From the NCBI GenBank assembly GCA_963729895.1, contig CAVSQB010000041.1:1-25696 (forward strand): 25,696 nucleotides of DNA, given 5' to 3'. The translations under genes and the position numbers were made by a program. This DNA is from an uncultured Fibrobacterota bacterium (GTDB lineage: Bacteria; Fibrobacterota; Chitinivibrionia; Chitinivibrionales; FEN-1185). The notes beneath the pieces were generated by a model. That model saw only the letters and a program-made list of their open reading frames with translations. It had not been told where the DNA came from and searched no databases. Shown here piece after piece: positions 1 to 8,322 of this stretch; within the stretch, counting starts at the first letter, position 1; each line of letters opens with the position of its first letter.

Positions 1-132
1 AGTTTTGGGCACCTATCAGACAAATAGACGCCCTGACATCGCGAAATAATACTATCTGTCAACATGATCTTGGAATCTACTATTTTACAGAATTTTTAGA
101 GGTCCCCTTAAACCATCATAGGAGGGTTTGTT

Positions 133-654
133 TTGGAATTGTTAATTGGGGAAGTAAAGCAATGGAATACGCCAGCCCTCGGCGCTTGTTTGCTTTGGCA
201 TTTTTCCAAAGGATATTGCAGCAACCACCCCCACGGTGATGCCCCGGTTGCGCTCTTGCACTTTATTGCGGTTGCCATTTTGACAAGTGCAAAGCTGAAC
301 AAACCTATTAATAACCACCGGGAAAACCTTCAATCTTACGCTCAATGTTTTGAAGGGTCAAAGGAAACAGACTTGCTTCTACACATCCAAGACCGTGTGA
401 AGAACAAGCGGAAATATACCCTTGAAGCCATTGATATTGGTATTTCAAAAGGTTTGCTGGCGTGGGATGCTACGGACGGAAAGATATATCCGCGTGAAGT
501 CACAACCGAAGGAACCCCCATAAAATCCTTAAAGTTTTCTTGTGCAAAGGAGTCTAAAAAGGCTGAAATATTGGGAAAATGGTTTGCAAAGCATGAATTA
601 TCTATGGCTATACCCCAATTACTTTCTCAGTCGAAATGGGAGTTTTCTCTTTGA
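133..654 (+). CDS. ABC-three-component (Lamassu-type) system middle component, MC3/DUF6521-like; 3' end interrupted by an IS3 element at 605
   Basis: GGAGG RBS at 121-125 precedes a TTG start. The protein has N-terminal WNTPALGACLLW, central TLEAIDIGISKGLL and C-terminal AEILGKWFA motifs, which I recognise as typical of ABC-3C middle components. Codons after position 604 are read from the IS end. The DNA is AT-rich compared with the rest of the window. Confidence 0.7.
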   Translation: MELLIGEVKQWNTPALGACLLWHFSKGYCSNHPHGDAPVALLHFIAVAILTSAKLNKPINNHRENLQSYAQCFEGSKETDLLLHIQDRVKNKRKYTLEAIDIGISKGLLAWDATDGKIYPREVTTEGTPIKSLKFSCAKESKKAEILGKWFAKHELSMAIPQLLSQSKWEFSL

Positions 655-1465
655 ATTGACCTCTGTATTCTTCAGGTGTTTTCCCCTTTAGTGATCCGTG
701 TGGCCGTATCCGGTTGTAAATGTTCTTCCAATGTTCGATTATTCTTTCTGCGTCCTCTAATGAGATGAACCAGTTTTCATTCAAGCATTGGTCCCTGAAT
801 ATCGAATTGAATGATTCTACAAAAGCATTCTGGCTGGGCTTGCCGGGCTGAATGAATTCCTGCCTTACCTGGTTTCGTATTGCCCAGAGCATGAGTTCTT
901 TGCTCCGGAATTCCGGGCCGTTATCAGTCAACAGAGCTTCCGGCTTTCCGTACCTGGCCACCAGGTGGTCTAGAACTTGGCAGACTCCTAGTGCTGGAAT
1001 AGAACGTGCTACCTTGATTGCAAGAGCCTCACGGGTGCAGTCATCGACAACATTCAGGCATTTCAGCTTGCGCTTGTCGGAAGTACTGTCGAATATGAAA
1101 TCCATTGACCAGCGACGGCTTGGCCGATCCGGCAGCGTCAACGGCATCCGTTGGCTATTGCGTTTCTGACGCCTCCTCCGCTTGCTTTTCTGAAGCGATT
1201 CTTCCTTGTAGAGCCGATGCACACGTTTGTGATTTACTATGTACCCAAGGTTGCGGAGATACCAATAAAGCGTCGGAAAGCCCCATGAACGGAACGATGA
1301 AATGGTTTCATGCATTTTTGTTTTCAACTCGCTGTTCAAAGCCGATTCCTGCGGTCGATAGCGGTACCCTGCCGGTGTCATACCCAGAAGTCCGCATGCT
1401 TTCCGTTGACTCAGGCCTTGCCGCATTAGTGCGTCCACAGTCAGCCTACGCTGAGGACGCTTCAC
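608..1465 (-). CDS. IS3-family transposase OrfB (DDE/rve integrase core)
   Basis: HTH segment VNHKRVHRLY and DDE motifs WSMDF, TDNGPEF and NAFVESFN, followed by YNRIRPHGSL. The GTG start overlaps the natural orfA stop (TAGTG). Confidence 0.95.
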   Translation of the reverse strand: MKRPQRRLTVDALMRQGLSQRKACGLLGMTPAGYRYRPQESALNSELKTKMHETISSFRSWGFPTLYWYLRNLGYIVNHKRVHRLYKEESLQKSKRRRRQKRNSQRMPLTLPDRPSRRWSMDFIFDSTSDKRKLKCLNVVDDCTREALAIKVARSIPALGVCQVLDHLVARYGKPEALLTDNGPEFRSKELMLWAIRNQVRQEFIQPGKPSQNAFVESFNSIFRDQCLNENWFISLEDAERIIEHWKNIYNRIRPHGSLKGKTPEEYRGQFKEKTPISTEKVIGV

Positions 1466-1728
1466 TATTTTCTTTGCAGCACTTCCTTCATTGCATCGAT
1501 CTGAAGTGCCTAGTCTGCAACAATCCGCTTGAGCCGGCTGTTTTCGCCCTCGATCTCCTTCATCCTTTTCAGATCAGAGAGCTCAAGTCCGCTGTATTTG
1601 CTCTTCCAACGGAAGTACGTGTTCTCTGAAATACCATATTGACGACAAAGATCAGCGACTTTGGCTCCGCGGTCGCCCTCTTGCAGGATCCGAAAAATCT
1701 GCTCTTCACTGTAGCGCTTGCCTTTCAT
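1465..1728 (-). pseudogene. IS3-family transposase OrfA (HTH) with an in-frame premature TAG at 1510-1512
   Basis: The translation is MKGKRYSEEQIFRIL...LCRQYGISENTYFRWKSKY...RLKRIVAD*ALQIDAMKEVLQRK*. OrfA-like sequence continues past the first stop to a second TAG at 1465-1467. An AGGAGG RBS lies upstream. Confidence 0.85.
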
Positions 1729-1886
1729 GAGTCCTCCTAGTTAGTTTAAAATAACTCGGAAAACTCCCTTCTCAAATGAGCAAGTTTTCGGGGGTATAGC
1801 CAACCCCAAAGTTAGTTCAGTTGCGAGAATTCAATCTTCTGCTGTGCGGCACCCACGAGGTGCAGTTGAGAAGGTCGATGAAGCCT

Positions 1887-1918
1887 GTGTTGACGAGTTG
1901 ATAAGTTGAAGAGTTGAA
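1887..1918 (+). repeat. Four tandem 8-bp units, consensus RAGTTGAH
   Basis: GTGTTGAC GAGTTGAT AAGTTGAA GAGTTGAA. Confidence 0.6.
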
Positions 1919-2006
1919 TCGATGGCTGTCGCAATGGTGCAGTTGAGCATTTATTGACCGGGTGCCGCTACGGTGCGCGCTTGTGTTAATCTATTCCATA
2001 TTTTCT

Positions 2007-2037
2007 CCCTCTCCCCGTGGGAGAGGGCGGGGTGAGG
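2007..2037. repeat. REP-like palindrome CCCTCTCCC-CGT-GGGAGAGGG followed by CGGGGTGAGG
   Basis: A perfect 9-bp stem with a GGGGTGAGG tail, matching a widespread intergenic repeat type. Confidence 0.7.
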
Positions 2038-2265
2038 TTACTCGGGCTTGCAGCAGGTACATCCACGCCGCACCGGCTCAGCAATCCATACTATTTTTTT
2101 GATATTAATACTGCTGCACCCATTCGGCAATCCGGAATCGCATCCGGCCGGCTCGAGTGTCGGTGCACGAAAAAAGCAATCCCATGATTTTCCCCTCCCC
2201 CTGCCCCACTTCGTCTTATATTATTGAAAGAATCCCCGTATTCTATCCAAAAAAAAGGAGCGTGC

Positions 2266-4242
2266 ATGAAGTCCAGGCTGTTTTCAACAATCCTGTTCAT
2301 GCCCTGCATCTTCTTTTCCCTTAACGCCGCGGTTGCCATAACGGGAACCGTGAGGGACCAGAACGGCTCGCCCGTCATGGGCGCTATCGTGAGCCTTTGC
2401 GCGGCCGGACTGACCGCGGAAACGGACACAAACGGCGCGTATTCTCTCGGCGGCGCTGTGCAGGCCGCGTCTTTGCAAGAGGCAAGGTCGGACTACAGGG
2501 CCCCGCGCGTTGCAGGCAATACTCTTGTATTCAGCGTCGCGGGGCAAAAAGCGCGGGTGCGGGCGGAGGTATACGATTGTTCGGGCAGGCTCGTTCGCGT
2601 CGCATTCGACAAGACGCTCGCAGGCGGTTCCTACCGGATCGACCCGTTCGACCGGAGCCTCGCGCACACGATGTATGTGGTGCGGCTACGGCTCGGCACC
2701 GAGGTGACCTTTCTGAAAATGCCGTTTATCAACAACGCGTCGCCGGGGTTCCCCGGCACGGCGCGGCAGACAGCCGCACCCGGCGGCCAAGGGCTTGCCA
2801 AGGCTTCCGCATCCGCGGATTCGCTTGTTGCCTGGGCCGTGGGCTACAACGTGACCGGACTCGGCATTCCCGGCACCACCGGCGTGTACGATCTCACCCT
2901 GCAGAAAAGCGTGGGGGCCGGCCAGGTACAGGTTCTCCAGACTTCGGAGGCCGGAGACGTGCTGGCGCTCAAGCCGGTGCTAGCTTTTGTCAACGACGAT
3001 GCGACGGCCCTGCCCACGGCGACCGTTACGCCCTCCACGACCTACCAGGCCATTGTCGGCTTCGGCGCCGCGTTCACCGAAACCGCGACCTACAACCTGG
3101 GCACGATGTCCGCTGCAAAACAGTCCGAGATACTGAACGCCTTTTTCAATCCGTACACCGGGTCGGGGTACACGCTGTGCCGCGCGACCATCAACTCGTG
3201 CGATTTTTCGCTGGCCAGTTATTCCTACGACGATTCGCCCGGCGACTACACGCTCGCCAATTTCAGCATGAATCACGACCAGCAATGGATGATTCCCGCG
3301 ATGAAGGCGGCACGCGCCGTTCCCGGGGCCAGCTTCAAGGTGTTCGGCTCGCCCTGGTCCCCGCCCGCGTGGATGAAAACGACCAACACGATGCTCGGCA
3401 CCGGCAACGGCCAGCTCAAATCCGACAGTTTCGACGCCTGGGCGCTGTACTTTGTCAAATACATAACCACCATGCAGGCCAACGGCATACCCGTGTGGGG
3501 AATCACCATGCAGAACGAGCCCGCCTACGCGCCCACCTGGGAAGGATGTTTGTATACGCCGGAGCAGGAACGGGACTTTCTGAAAAACCACCTCGGACCC
3601 GCGCTCGCGCAGAACAACATCAAGGTCAACGTCATGATCTGGGACCACAACAAGGACCTTATCGTCAACTGGGCGCGCGTGATTCTGGGCGACACGGCGG
3701 CGGCAAAGTATGCGTGGGGCACGGCCTATCACCGGTATGCGGGCGACCTGTTCGACAGCCTGCTGCTCACCCACGAACTGTTCCCGCAATTTCCCATGGT
3801 TGCCACCGAATGCAGCGTGCGCGACACCTGGGCGGAAGCCGAGCGCATGGCCCACGAAATCCTTGGAGACCTCAACCATTTTTCCGGCGGGTATCTCACC
3901 TGGAACCTGCTCACCAACCTTGCCGGCGGGCCGTATCACGACCGCGACAACGGTTGCGTGGGCCCCCTTGTGGTGGATTCCGCGACGTCGCTTGTCAAGT
4001 ACAACAGCAATTACTACTATATGACGCATTTCAGCCGGTATCTGCGGCCCGGGGCGGTGAGGATCGGCTGCGCCTACAACGGTCCCGGACTCGAAATCAC
4101 CGCCGTGAGGAACACAGACGGAACGACCGTTGTGGTAGCGCTGAACGAAACGGACAATCCGATAAGCTTCAAGATCAAACAGGGAACGCAGATCGTTGAG
4201 CCGACGATACCGGCGCATGCGCTGAACGATTTCATTTACTAA
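2266..4242 (+). CDS. Secreted glycoside hydrolase family 30 (glucosylceramidase/beta-glucanase/xylosidase-like) with N-terminal accessory domains
   Basis: AAGGAG RBS before the ATG at 2266; signal peptide; ITGTVRDQNGSPVMGAIV carboxypeptidase-regulatory-like domain. GH30 motifs are GFGAAFTE, INSCDFS, SPWSPPAWMKT, QNEP (acid/base), WDHN, ATEC (nucleophile) and HFSRYLRPGAVRI. Confidence 0.92.
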   Translation: MKSRLFSTILFMPCIFFSLNAAVAITGTVRDQNGSPVMGAIVSLCAAGLTAETDTNGAYSLGGAVQAASLQEARSDYRAPRVAGNTLVFSVAGQKARVRAEVYDCSGRLVRVAFDKTLAGGSYRIDPFDRSLAHTMYVVRLRLGTEVTFLKMPFINNASPGFPGTARQTAAPGGQGLAKASASADSLVAWAVGYNVTGLGIPGTTGVYDLTLQKSVGAGQVQVLQTSEAGDVLALKPVLAFVNDDATALPTATVTPSTTYQAIVGFGAAFTETATYNLGTMSAAKQSEILNAFFNPYTGSGYTLCRATINSCDFSLASYSYDDSPGDYTLANFSMNHDQQWMIPAMKAARAVPGASFKVFGSPWSPPAWMKTTNTMLGTGNGQLKSDSFDAWALYFVKYITTMQANGIPVWGITMQNEPAYAPTWEGCLYTPEQERDFLKNHLGPALAQNNIKVNVMIWDHNKDLIVNWARVILGDTAAAKYAWGTAYHRYAGDLFDSLLLTHELFPQFPMVATECSVRDTWAEAERMAHEILGDLNHFSGGYLTWNLLTNLAGGPYHDRDNGCVGPLVVDSATSLVKYNSNYYYMTHFSRYLRPGAVRIGCAYNGPGLEITAVRNTDGTTVVVALNETDNPISFKIKQGTQIVEPTIPAHALNDFIY

Positions 4243-4255
4243 AAAGGAGCACCTG

Positions 4256-5032
4256 ATGGACAGGAAAGTTGCAGTTGTCACCGGCGCAAGCGGCGGAATA
4301 GGGGCCGAGCTCTGCACGAAACTCGGCAGCCAGGGCTTTTGCGCGGTCCTGGCGGCGCGGCGCTCGGCGGAGCTCAAAGCGGTCGCCGCCCTGTGCGGCG
4401 GCGAAACCCTGGTGGTGGTCACCGACGTTACCAAGCGTTCCGATGTGGACAGGCTCAAGAACGAGGCGCTTGCGAAGTTCGGCAGGATAGACGTATGGGT
4501 CAACGACGCGGGCAGGGGCATCACGAAGCCGGTTCTTGACCTTACGGAATCCGACTTCGACGAGATGATGAGCGTGAACGTCAAGTCGGTCCTCTTCGGC
4601 ATGCAGGCGGTTGTCCCCTGTTTCCAGGCGCAGGGCAGCGGCCACCTCATCAACGTTTCGTCGTTCCTCGGACGGGTGCCGTTTGTGTCCGCACGATCGG
4701 CCTACAACGCGGCAAAAAGCGCGGTGAACATGCTCACCGCCAACCTGCGAGCGGACCTGCGGCGCACGCACCCCGGCATCAAGGTCTCGCTTGTCATGCC
4801 CGGGGTGGTGCTCACCGACTTTGCGAAAAACGCGCTGTACGGCACGCCGCCCATGCCGGCGGCAGCCGCGGGCCGGATCAACGCGCAAACGCCGCAGGAA
4901 GTGGCGGGCATAATTATGGAACTCATCAAGAACCCGAAAGCGGAGATTTACACGAATCCCGCTTCGGCCGAAACCGCCAAAGCGTACTATTCGGACGTCG
5001 GGGCGTTTGAAGACAGGATGTTCGGAAACTGA
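4256..5032 (+). CDS. Short-chain dehydrogenase/reductase (SDR)
   Basis: TGASGGIG Rossmann motif, NDAG, catalytic Ser and YNAAK. An AAGGAG RBS directly follows the GH30 stop. Confidence 0.93.
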   Translation: MDRKVAVVTGASGGIGAELCTKLGSQGFCAVLAARRSAELKAVAALCGGETLVVVTDVTKRSDVDRLKNEALAKFGRIDVWVNDAGRGITKPVLDLTESDFDEMMSVNVKSVLFGMQAVVPCFQAQGSGHLINVSSFLGRVPFVSARSAYNAAKSAVNMLTANLRADLRRTHPGIKVSLVMPGVVLTDFAKNALYGTPPMPAAAAGRINAQTPQEVAGIIMELIKNPKAEIYTNPASAETAKAYYSDVGAFEDRMFGN

Positions 5033-5159
5033 GCGAGGATGTCACCCCGCACGTGGCCGTGCGGGAAACAAGCGGGTCCGATTTCGCACTTGGCATGCGG
5101 CAAACAAGTATATTTCCCACGAAACGATTTCTTAAACGGGCCGGCAACACCGCTTCCGG

Positions 5160-6236
5160 ATGAGCATGAACAAAATTAACATACGCAACAACACGGGTCC
5201 TTTCTTGCTGCGCGTCGCGGCGTCCCTTGTCGCATGCGCGGCATCCTTGTCGTTTTCCCAGGTTACGCTACCCTCCGGCGTTGTTGTGCCGAAGGAAAAA
5301 TTCGTGGTCTATGTCTTGATCGGCCATTCGAACATGGTGGGCCGCGACCCGAACCTCGATACCGTGCCCGACCCGCATGCGTGGAATTTCTTCATTGCGG
5401 ATTGCTGCCAGAATTTTCCGGACCACACGTGGGTGCCTGCGCGCGACTGCATTCACATGGATTTCGCGGGCGCCGGGGACGGGCCGAGCATGCATTTCCT
5501 CAAGAAAATGGCCGCCGAATTTCCCGACTATTACTTCGGGGTGGTGAACAATGCAAATTCGGGCGTGCAATGCAGGGCGAACTATCTGAAAGGCAACGGA
5601 GCCGGTTCCCTGGACCTTTTTGCGGAAATGGCGGAGGCCCTGAACTTGATAAAAGAAAATGTGACCTTCGGCGGCATCATCTGCATGCTCGGCGTTCCCG
5701 AGGCGGTGAATGCGCCGGAATCGGTGTGCCAGAGTTTTTCGGGCGATATCGCACTCATGGTCAAGGAATTCAGGGACACACTGGGCCTGCCGCAGCTTCC
5801 CTTTCTTATGGGTGCTTTCGAGCGCGACGGTCCTGCGGTCCAGACGACAGCGCCTTACTGGCAAATTATCGACAGCCAAACCAACCTTGTTCCGTCAAAG
5901 GTGGCCATTTCCGGCCTCGTTCCTTCCGACAGTCTCGTCTATTTTGATCGATGGCACTACACTTACGCGTCGTATGAAATCTGGACCCAAAGGGCGGTGG
6001 ATACTATCGAGGCGCGGCACTGGTATCCGGCCGTTGCGGTCAGCACCGTCGCATCCTCTTCCCGCGCGGTGCAAGGCTCCGCAACACGGCGCTGCAACGC
6101 AACAAGCCTCGCCACCGACGCGCTGGGCAGAAGGGCGATTGTCCCCTTTTCCGCCGCGGCGAATTCCCCAACCGCGTCGGAACGCCTCCGGCGCATTCTG
6201 TTCTCAAACACCATGAAAATGATCACGGCGTATTAG
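5160..6236 (+). CDS. Secreted SGNH-type carbohydrate esterase (SASA/CE6 acetylxylan- or sialate-O-acetylesterase-like)
   Basis: Signal peptide; VYVLIGHSNMVGR (variant of GQSNM); GDGPSMHF; LPQLPFLMG; DRWHY (catalytic DxxH). Confidence 0.75.
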   Translation: MSMNKINIRNNTGPFLLRVAASLVACAASLSFSQVTLPSGVVVPKEKFVVYVLIGHSNMVGRDPNLDTVPDPHAWNFFIADCCQNFPDHTWVPARDCIHMDFAGAGDGPSMHFLKKMAAEFPDYYFGVVNNANSGVQCRANYLKGNGAGSLDLFAEMAEALNLIKENVTFGGIICMLGVPEAVNAPESVCQSFSGDIALMVKEFRDTLGLPQLPFLMGAFERDGPAVQTTAPYWQIIDSQTNLVPSKVAISGLVPSDSLVYFDRWHYTYASYEIWTQRAVDTIEARHWYPAVAVSTVASSSRAVQGSATRRCNATSLATDALGRRAIVPFSAAANSPTASERLRRILFSNTMKMITAY

Positions 6237-6260
6237 TTTACACCGGAGAGTGGTGGGGCC

Positions 6261-6965
6261 ATGAAACCGTTACCATTGCCGTCCGTTGCCTGCTGCCTCG
6301 TCCTTCTCCTGCAACCGGCCTGCGTGCAGAAAAACCCCGTGATTCCGTCGCCGCCTCCGCTCGCGCTCGTGCAGCCCGTTGCCGGCCGGACCTATGTAAC
6401 CGGCGATACGGTGGCGATCACCTGGCGCGCCGGGGCAAACATATCTTCCGTCAATGTGTTTGTTTCAACGGACAACGGCAAACACGACTATCGTGTCGCT
6501 GCGGGGAGTTTTGCGGCCGCGGATTCGTGTACCTGGATCATCGGCAAGGAAATCGACCGCGCAAACCTGACCTACCCCAGCGACAGCGTTCGCATAACCA
6601 TCCGCGATTCGGCCGGACAGTATGCGGATTCGACTCAAGGATGCCTGCGGGTGCATGCGATGATGATCACAAAGCCCGTGGGCGGCCACACGGTCCGTAT
6701 CGGCGACACGGTTTCGGTGGCATGGCGCGGAGACCGGATGCTGATCTCGTCGGTCAAGGTACTCGTTTCCACCGACAACGACAAGACCGAATCGCTCCTT
6801 GTGGGCCGCGCGTGCGCGGCCGTTGATTCATGCCTCTGGATCGTGGGCCAGGAAAGCCAGCCGCCCTCTCCCGCATACCCGAGCGACAGCGTGGTGATTA
6901 TCGTCCGCGATTACGACGAGATCTATTCCGACCGCACCAGCCCGTGCCTGAAGGTGGGAAACTGA
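6261..6965 (+). CDS. Putative lipoprotein with two tandem ~97-aa Ig-like repeats
   Basis: Hydrophobic leader ending in LLQPAC (lipobox-like). Two repeats of the pattern PVxG..GDTVxxxWR...ISSVxVxVSTDNxK...DSCxWIxG.E...YPSDSVxIxxRD...YxDxTxxCLxV. Confidence 0.75.
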   Translation: MKPLPLPSVACCLVLLLQPACVQKNPVIPSPPPLALVQPVAGRTYVTGDTVAITWRAGANISSVNVFVSTDNGKHDYRVAAGSFAAADSCTWIIGKEIDRANLTYPSDSVRITIRDSAGQYADSTQGCLRVHAMMITKPVGGHTVRIGDTVSVAWRGDRMLISSVKVLVSTDNDKTESLLVGRACAAVDSCLWIVGQESQPPSPAYPSDSVVIIVRDYDEIYSDRTSPCLKVGN

Positions 6966-6967
6966 AA

Positions 6968-7025
6968 TTTACTTCCCCGCCTTCCCCCAATACCCGTCAA
7001 TCGCCTTCGCCGCTTCGCGGCCGTG
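6968..7025. repeat. Direct repeat copy 1: displaced 3' end of gltD (58 bp)
   Basis: 56/58 identical to 8323-8380. On the minus strand it reads HGREAAKAIDGYWGKAGK-TAA. Confidence 0.95.
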
Positions 7026-7075
7026 AAGCATGCCCCGGCTGGTTTCTGCCAGAAAACACTTTCTTTTGAAGACGC

Positions 7076-7103
7076 TTGCGGGGCGCGGGATTGACAGTAT
7101 ATT
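7076..7103 (+). promoter_or_regulatory. Putative sigma-70 promoter of the cassette gene
   Basis: TTGCGG-16 bp-TATATT, about 40 bp upstream of the ATG at 7144. Confidence 0.4.
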
Positions 7104-7143
7104 ATTAGGGTAACGGAGAACTCTGCCCTAGAAGGGGGTCTAT

Positions 7144-8227
7144 ATGTTCAGCAAATCGTCTGGAGGCGTTCTGTTTGCGACTCTGTGCGCCACCCTGCTT
7201 TGGTCTGGTGGTGTTCTCGCGGACTATGTTGAGGGAATTGATAGTACGGATGCAGACGGGTATGGGCTTGATTCTTCATTTCAAGGTTCTATTAGGGGGA
7301 TGCGGGGAAATAAGGTGTTCGGCTATTCATTGGGCGGCCCCTTTTATGACTCCTCGTTTGACGATATCAGGATTGCCCCAAACGCGCAGGACTCTGAGGT
7401 GAACACAATCGCATTTCCCAGTTGGTCGTCGAATTACAGCACGTGCTATGTTGTTCAAAAGGTCGATTCTACCTATTCAAAAATAGAAATTCTTCAGGAT
7501 CTCCCCGATGGTCGATGTGTTTTTCATTACGGCTCAAACACTATCCCGAACAATCGGATTCTTGTGCAGCCCAACTACGACCGTACGGTGCTTTACAGGC
7601 CAAACAATTTAAGGATTGAGGGTGACGATTCTACCTTTGTTGGATGCGGAGCTCCGTCCTGCAGGACTAGCACCATGTTTGATTGGGACCCGCCTTTGGA
7701 GAACAACAATCATTTGCTTGGTTACATCCTTTACTTTTCTAAGCAAAATGCGCCTACGGACACCTCCGCGCCTACTGATACGTCGCAATGGCGTTCAACG
7801 CCCCTAATAACCACTACCAGCATGAGGGTGGGTACGCAGGGCGGTTTACCAGTTCCTTACTACTTCCATTGTCGCCGTTTATCAGGAGGGCACGTCTGAT
7901 TATTTCAAAGGCGGGTTTTCTGAAATGGTTTCCGTCAGAACTTCTTTCCCTGTTCGTCGCAGCCAACCATCCTATGCGAGTCGAATTCTTGTGAAGGGAA
8001 ACAACATTGTTTGCAGCCTGTCATCTGGAACGCTCGCAAACGATGCGCCTGCAAGCCTTGGAATTTATAACCTGAAAGGCGCACAAATTGCGAAATTCAA
8101 AGTGCCTTCCAGCGGCACGATTTCCTTGGATCAACTTGGTGTCAATATTTCCCAGGGCCTGTACCTTCTCCGAGCCGAATTTTCCAACAACACTATCTTG
8201 AACCAGACATTCATCTTTACGAGATAG
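7144..8227 (+). pseudogene. Secreted protein with an FN3-like domain and a C-terminal T9SS-like sorting domain, split by a frameshift near 7867
   Basis: ORF 7144-7899 has a signal peptide and FN3-like RPNNL..FDWDPP..LLGYILY..YYF. The frame of ORF 7925-8227 is open from 7868 and reads IVAVYQEGTSDY (an FN3 terminal strand), then SLGIYNLKGAQI..SQGLYLLRAE (secretion tail). Assembly error is not excluded. Confidence 0.7.
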
Positions 8228-8322
8228 GAGCGAATGCAAGAGTGATTTCTCAAGAGCAGGTCGCGCGCCCATCCGTTCCTGGACGCATTGCTAATCCAGA
8301 CACGCTAAGATATTTTTCTTCG

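Larger units (their letters stand above)
605..1802 (-). mobile_element. IS3-family insertion sequence (IS407-group-like), 1,198 bp
   Basis: The ends are TG...CA with ~43-bp imperfect inverted repeats: TGGCTATACCCC-AATTACTTTCTCAGTCGAAATGGGAGTTTT from 605, and the reverse complement TGGCTATACCCCCGAAAACTTGCTCATTTGAGAAGGGAGTTTT ending at 1802. It encodes an orfA/orfB pair. Confidence 0.95.
7026..8322. mobile_element. Small integrated cassette/islet between duplicated gltD 3' ends; no integrase
   Basis: Bracketed by 58-bp direct repeats, visibly lower in GC than its flanks, and contains one cargo gene with its own putative promoter. Confidence 0.65.

Noticed and set aside
1..120. Possible 3' end of a Lamassu effector gene
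   Set aside because: The short frames here carry no recognisable motif, so no call can be supported from this window.
1510..1512. TAG read as a sense codon (alternative genetic code)
   Set aside because: TAG terminates glnK and the kinase receiver domain at their expected ends, so a point mutation is simpler.
2397..4653. Long alternative-frame ORFs (2397-4199 plus, 2980-4653 minus) and similar ORFs overlapping gltB, gltD, amtB, glnD and glnA
   Set aside because: They are Arg/Gly/Ala-rich shadow ORFs expected from high-GC codon bias, have no motifs, and overlap well-supported genes.
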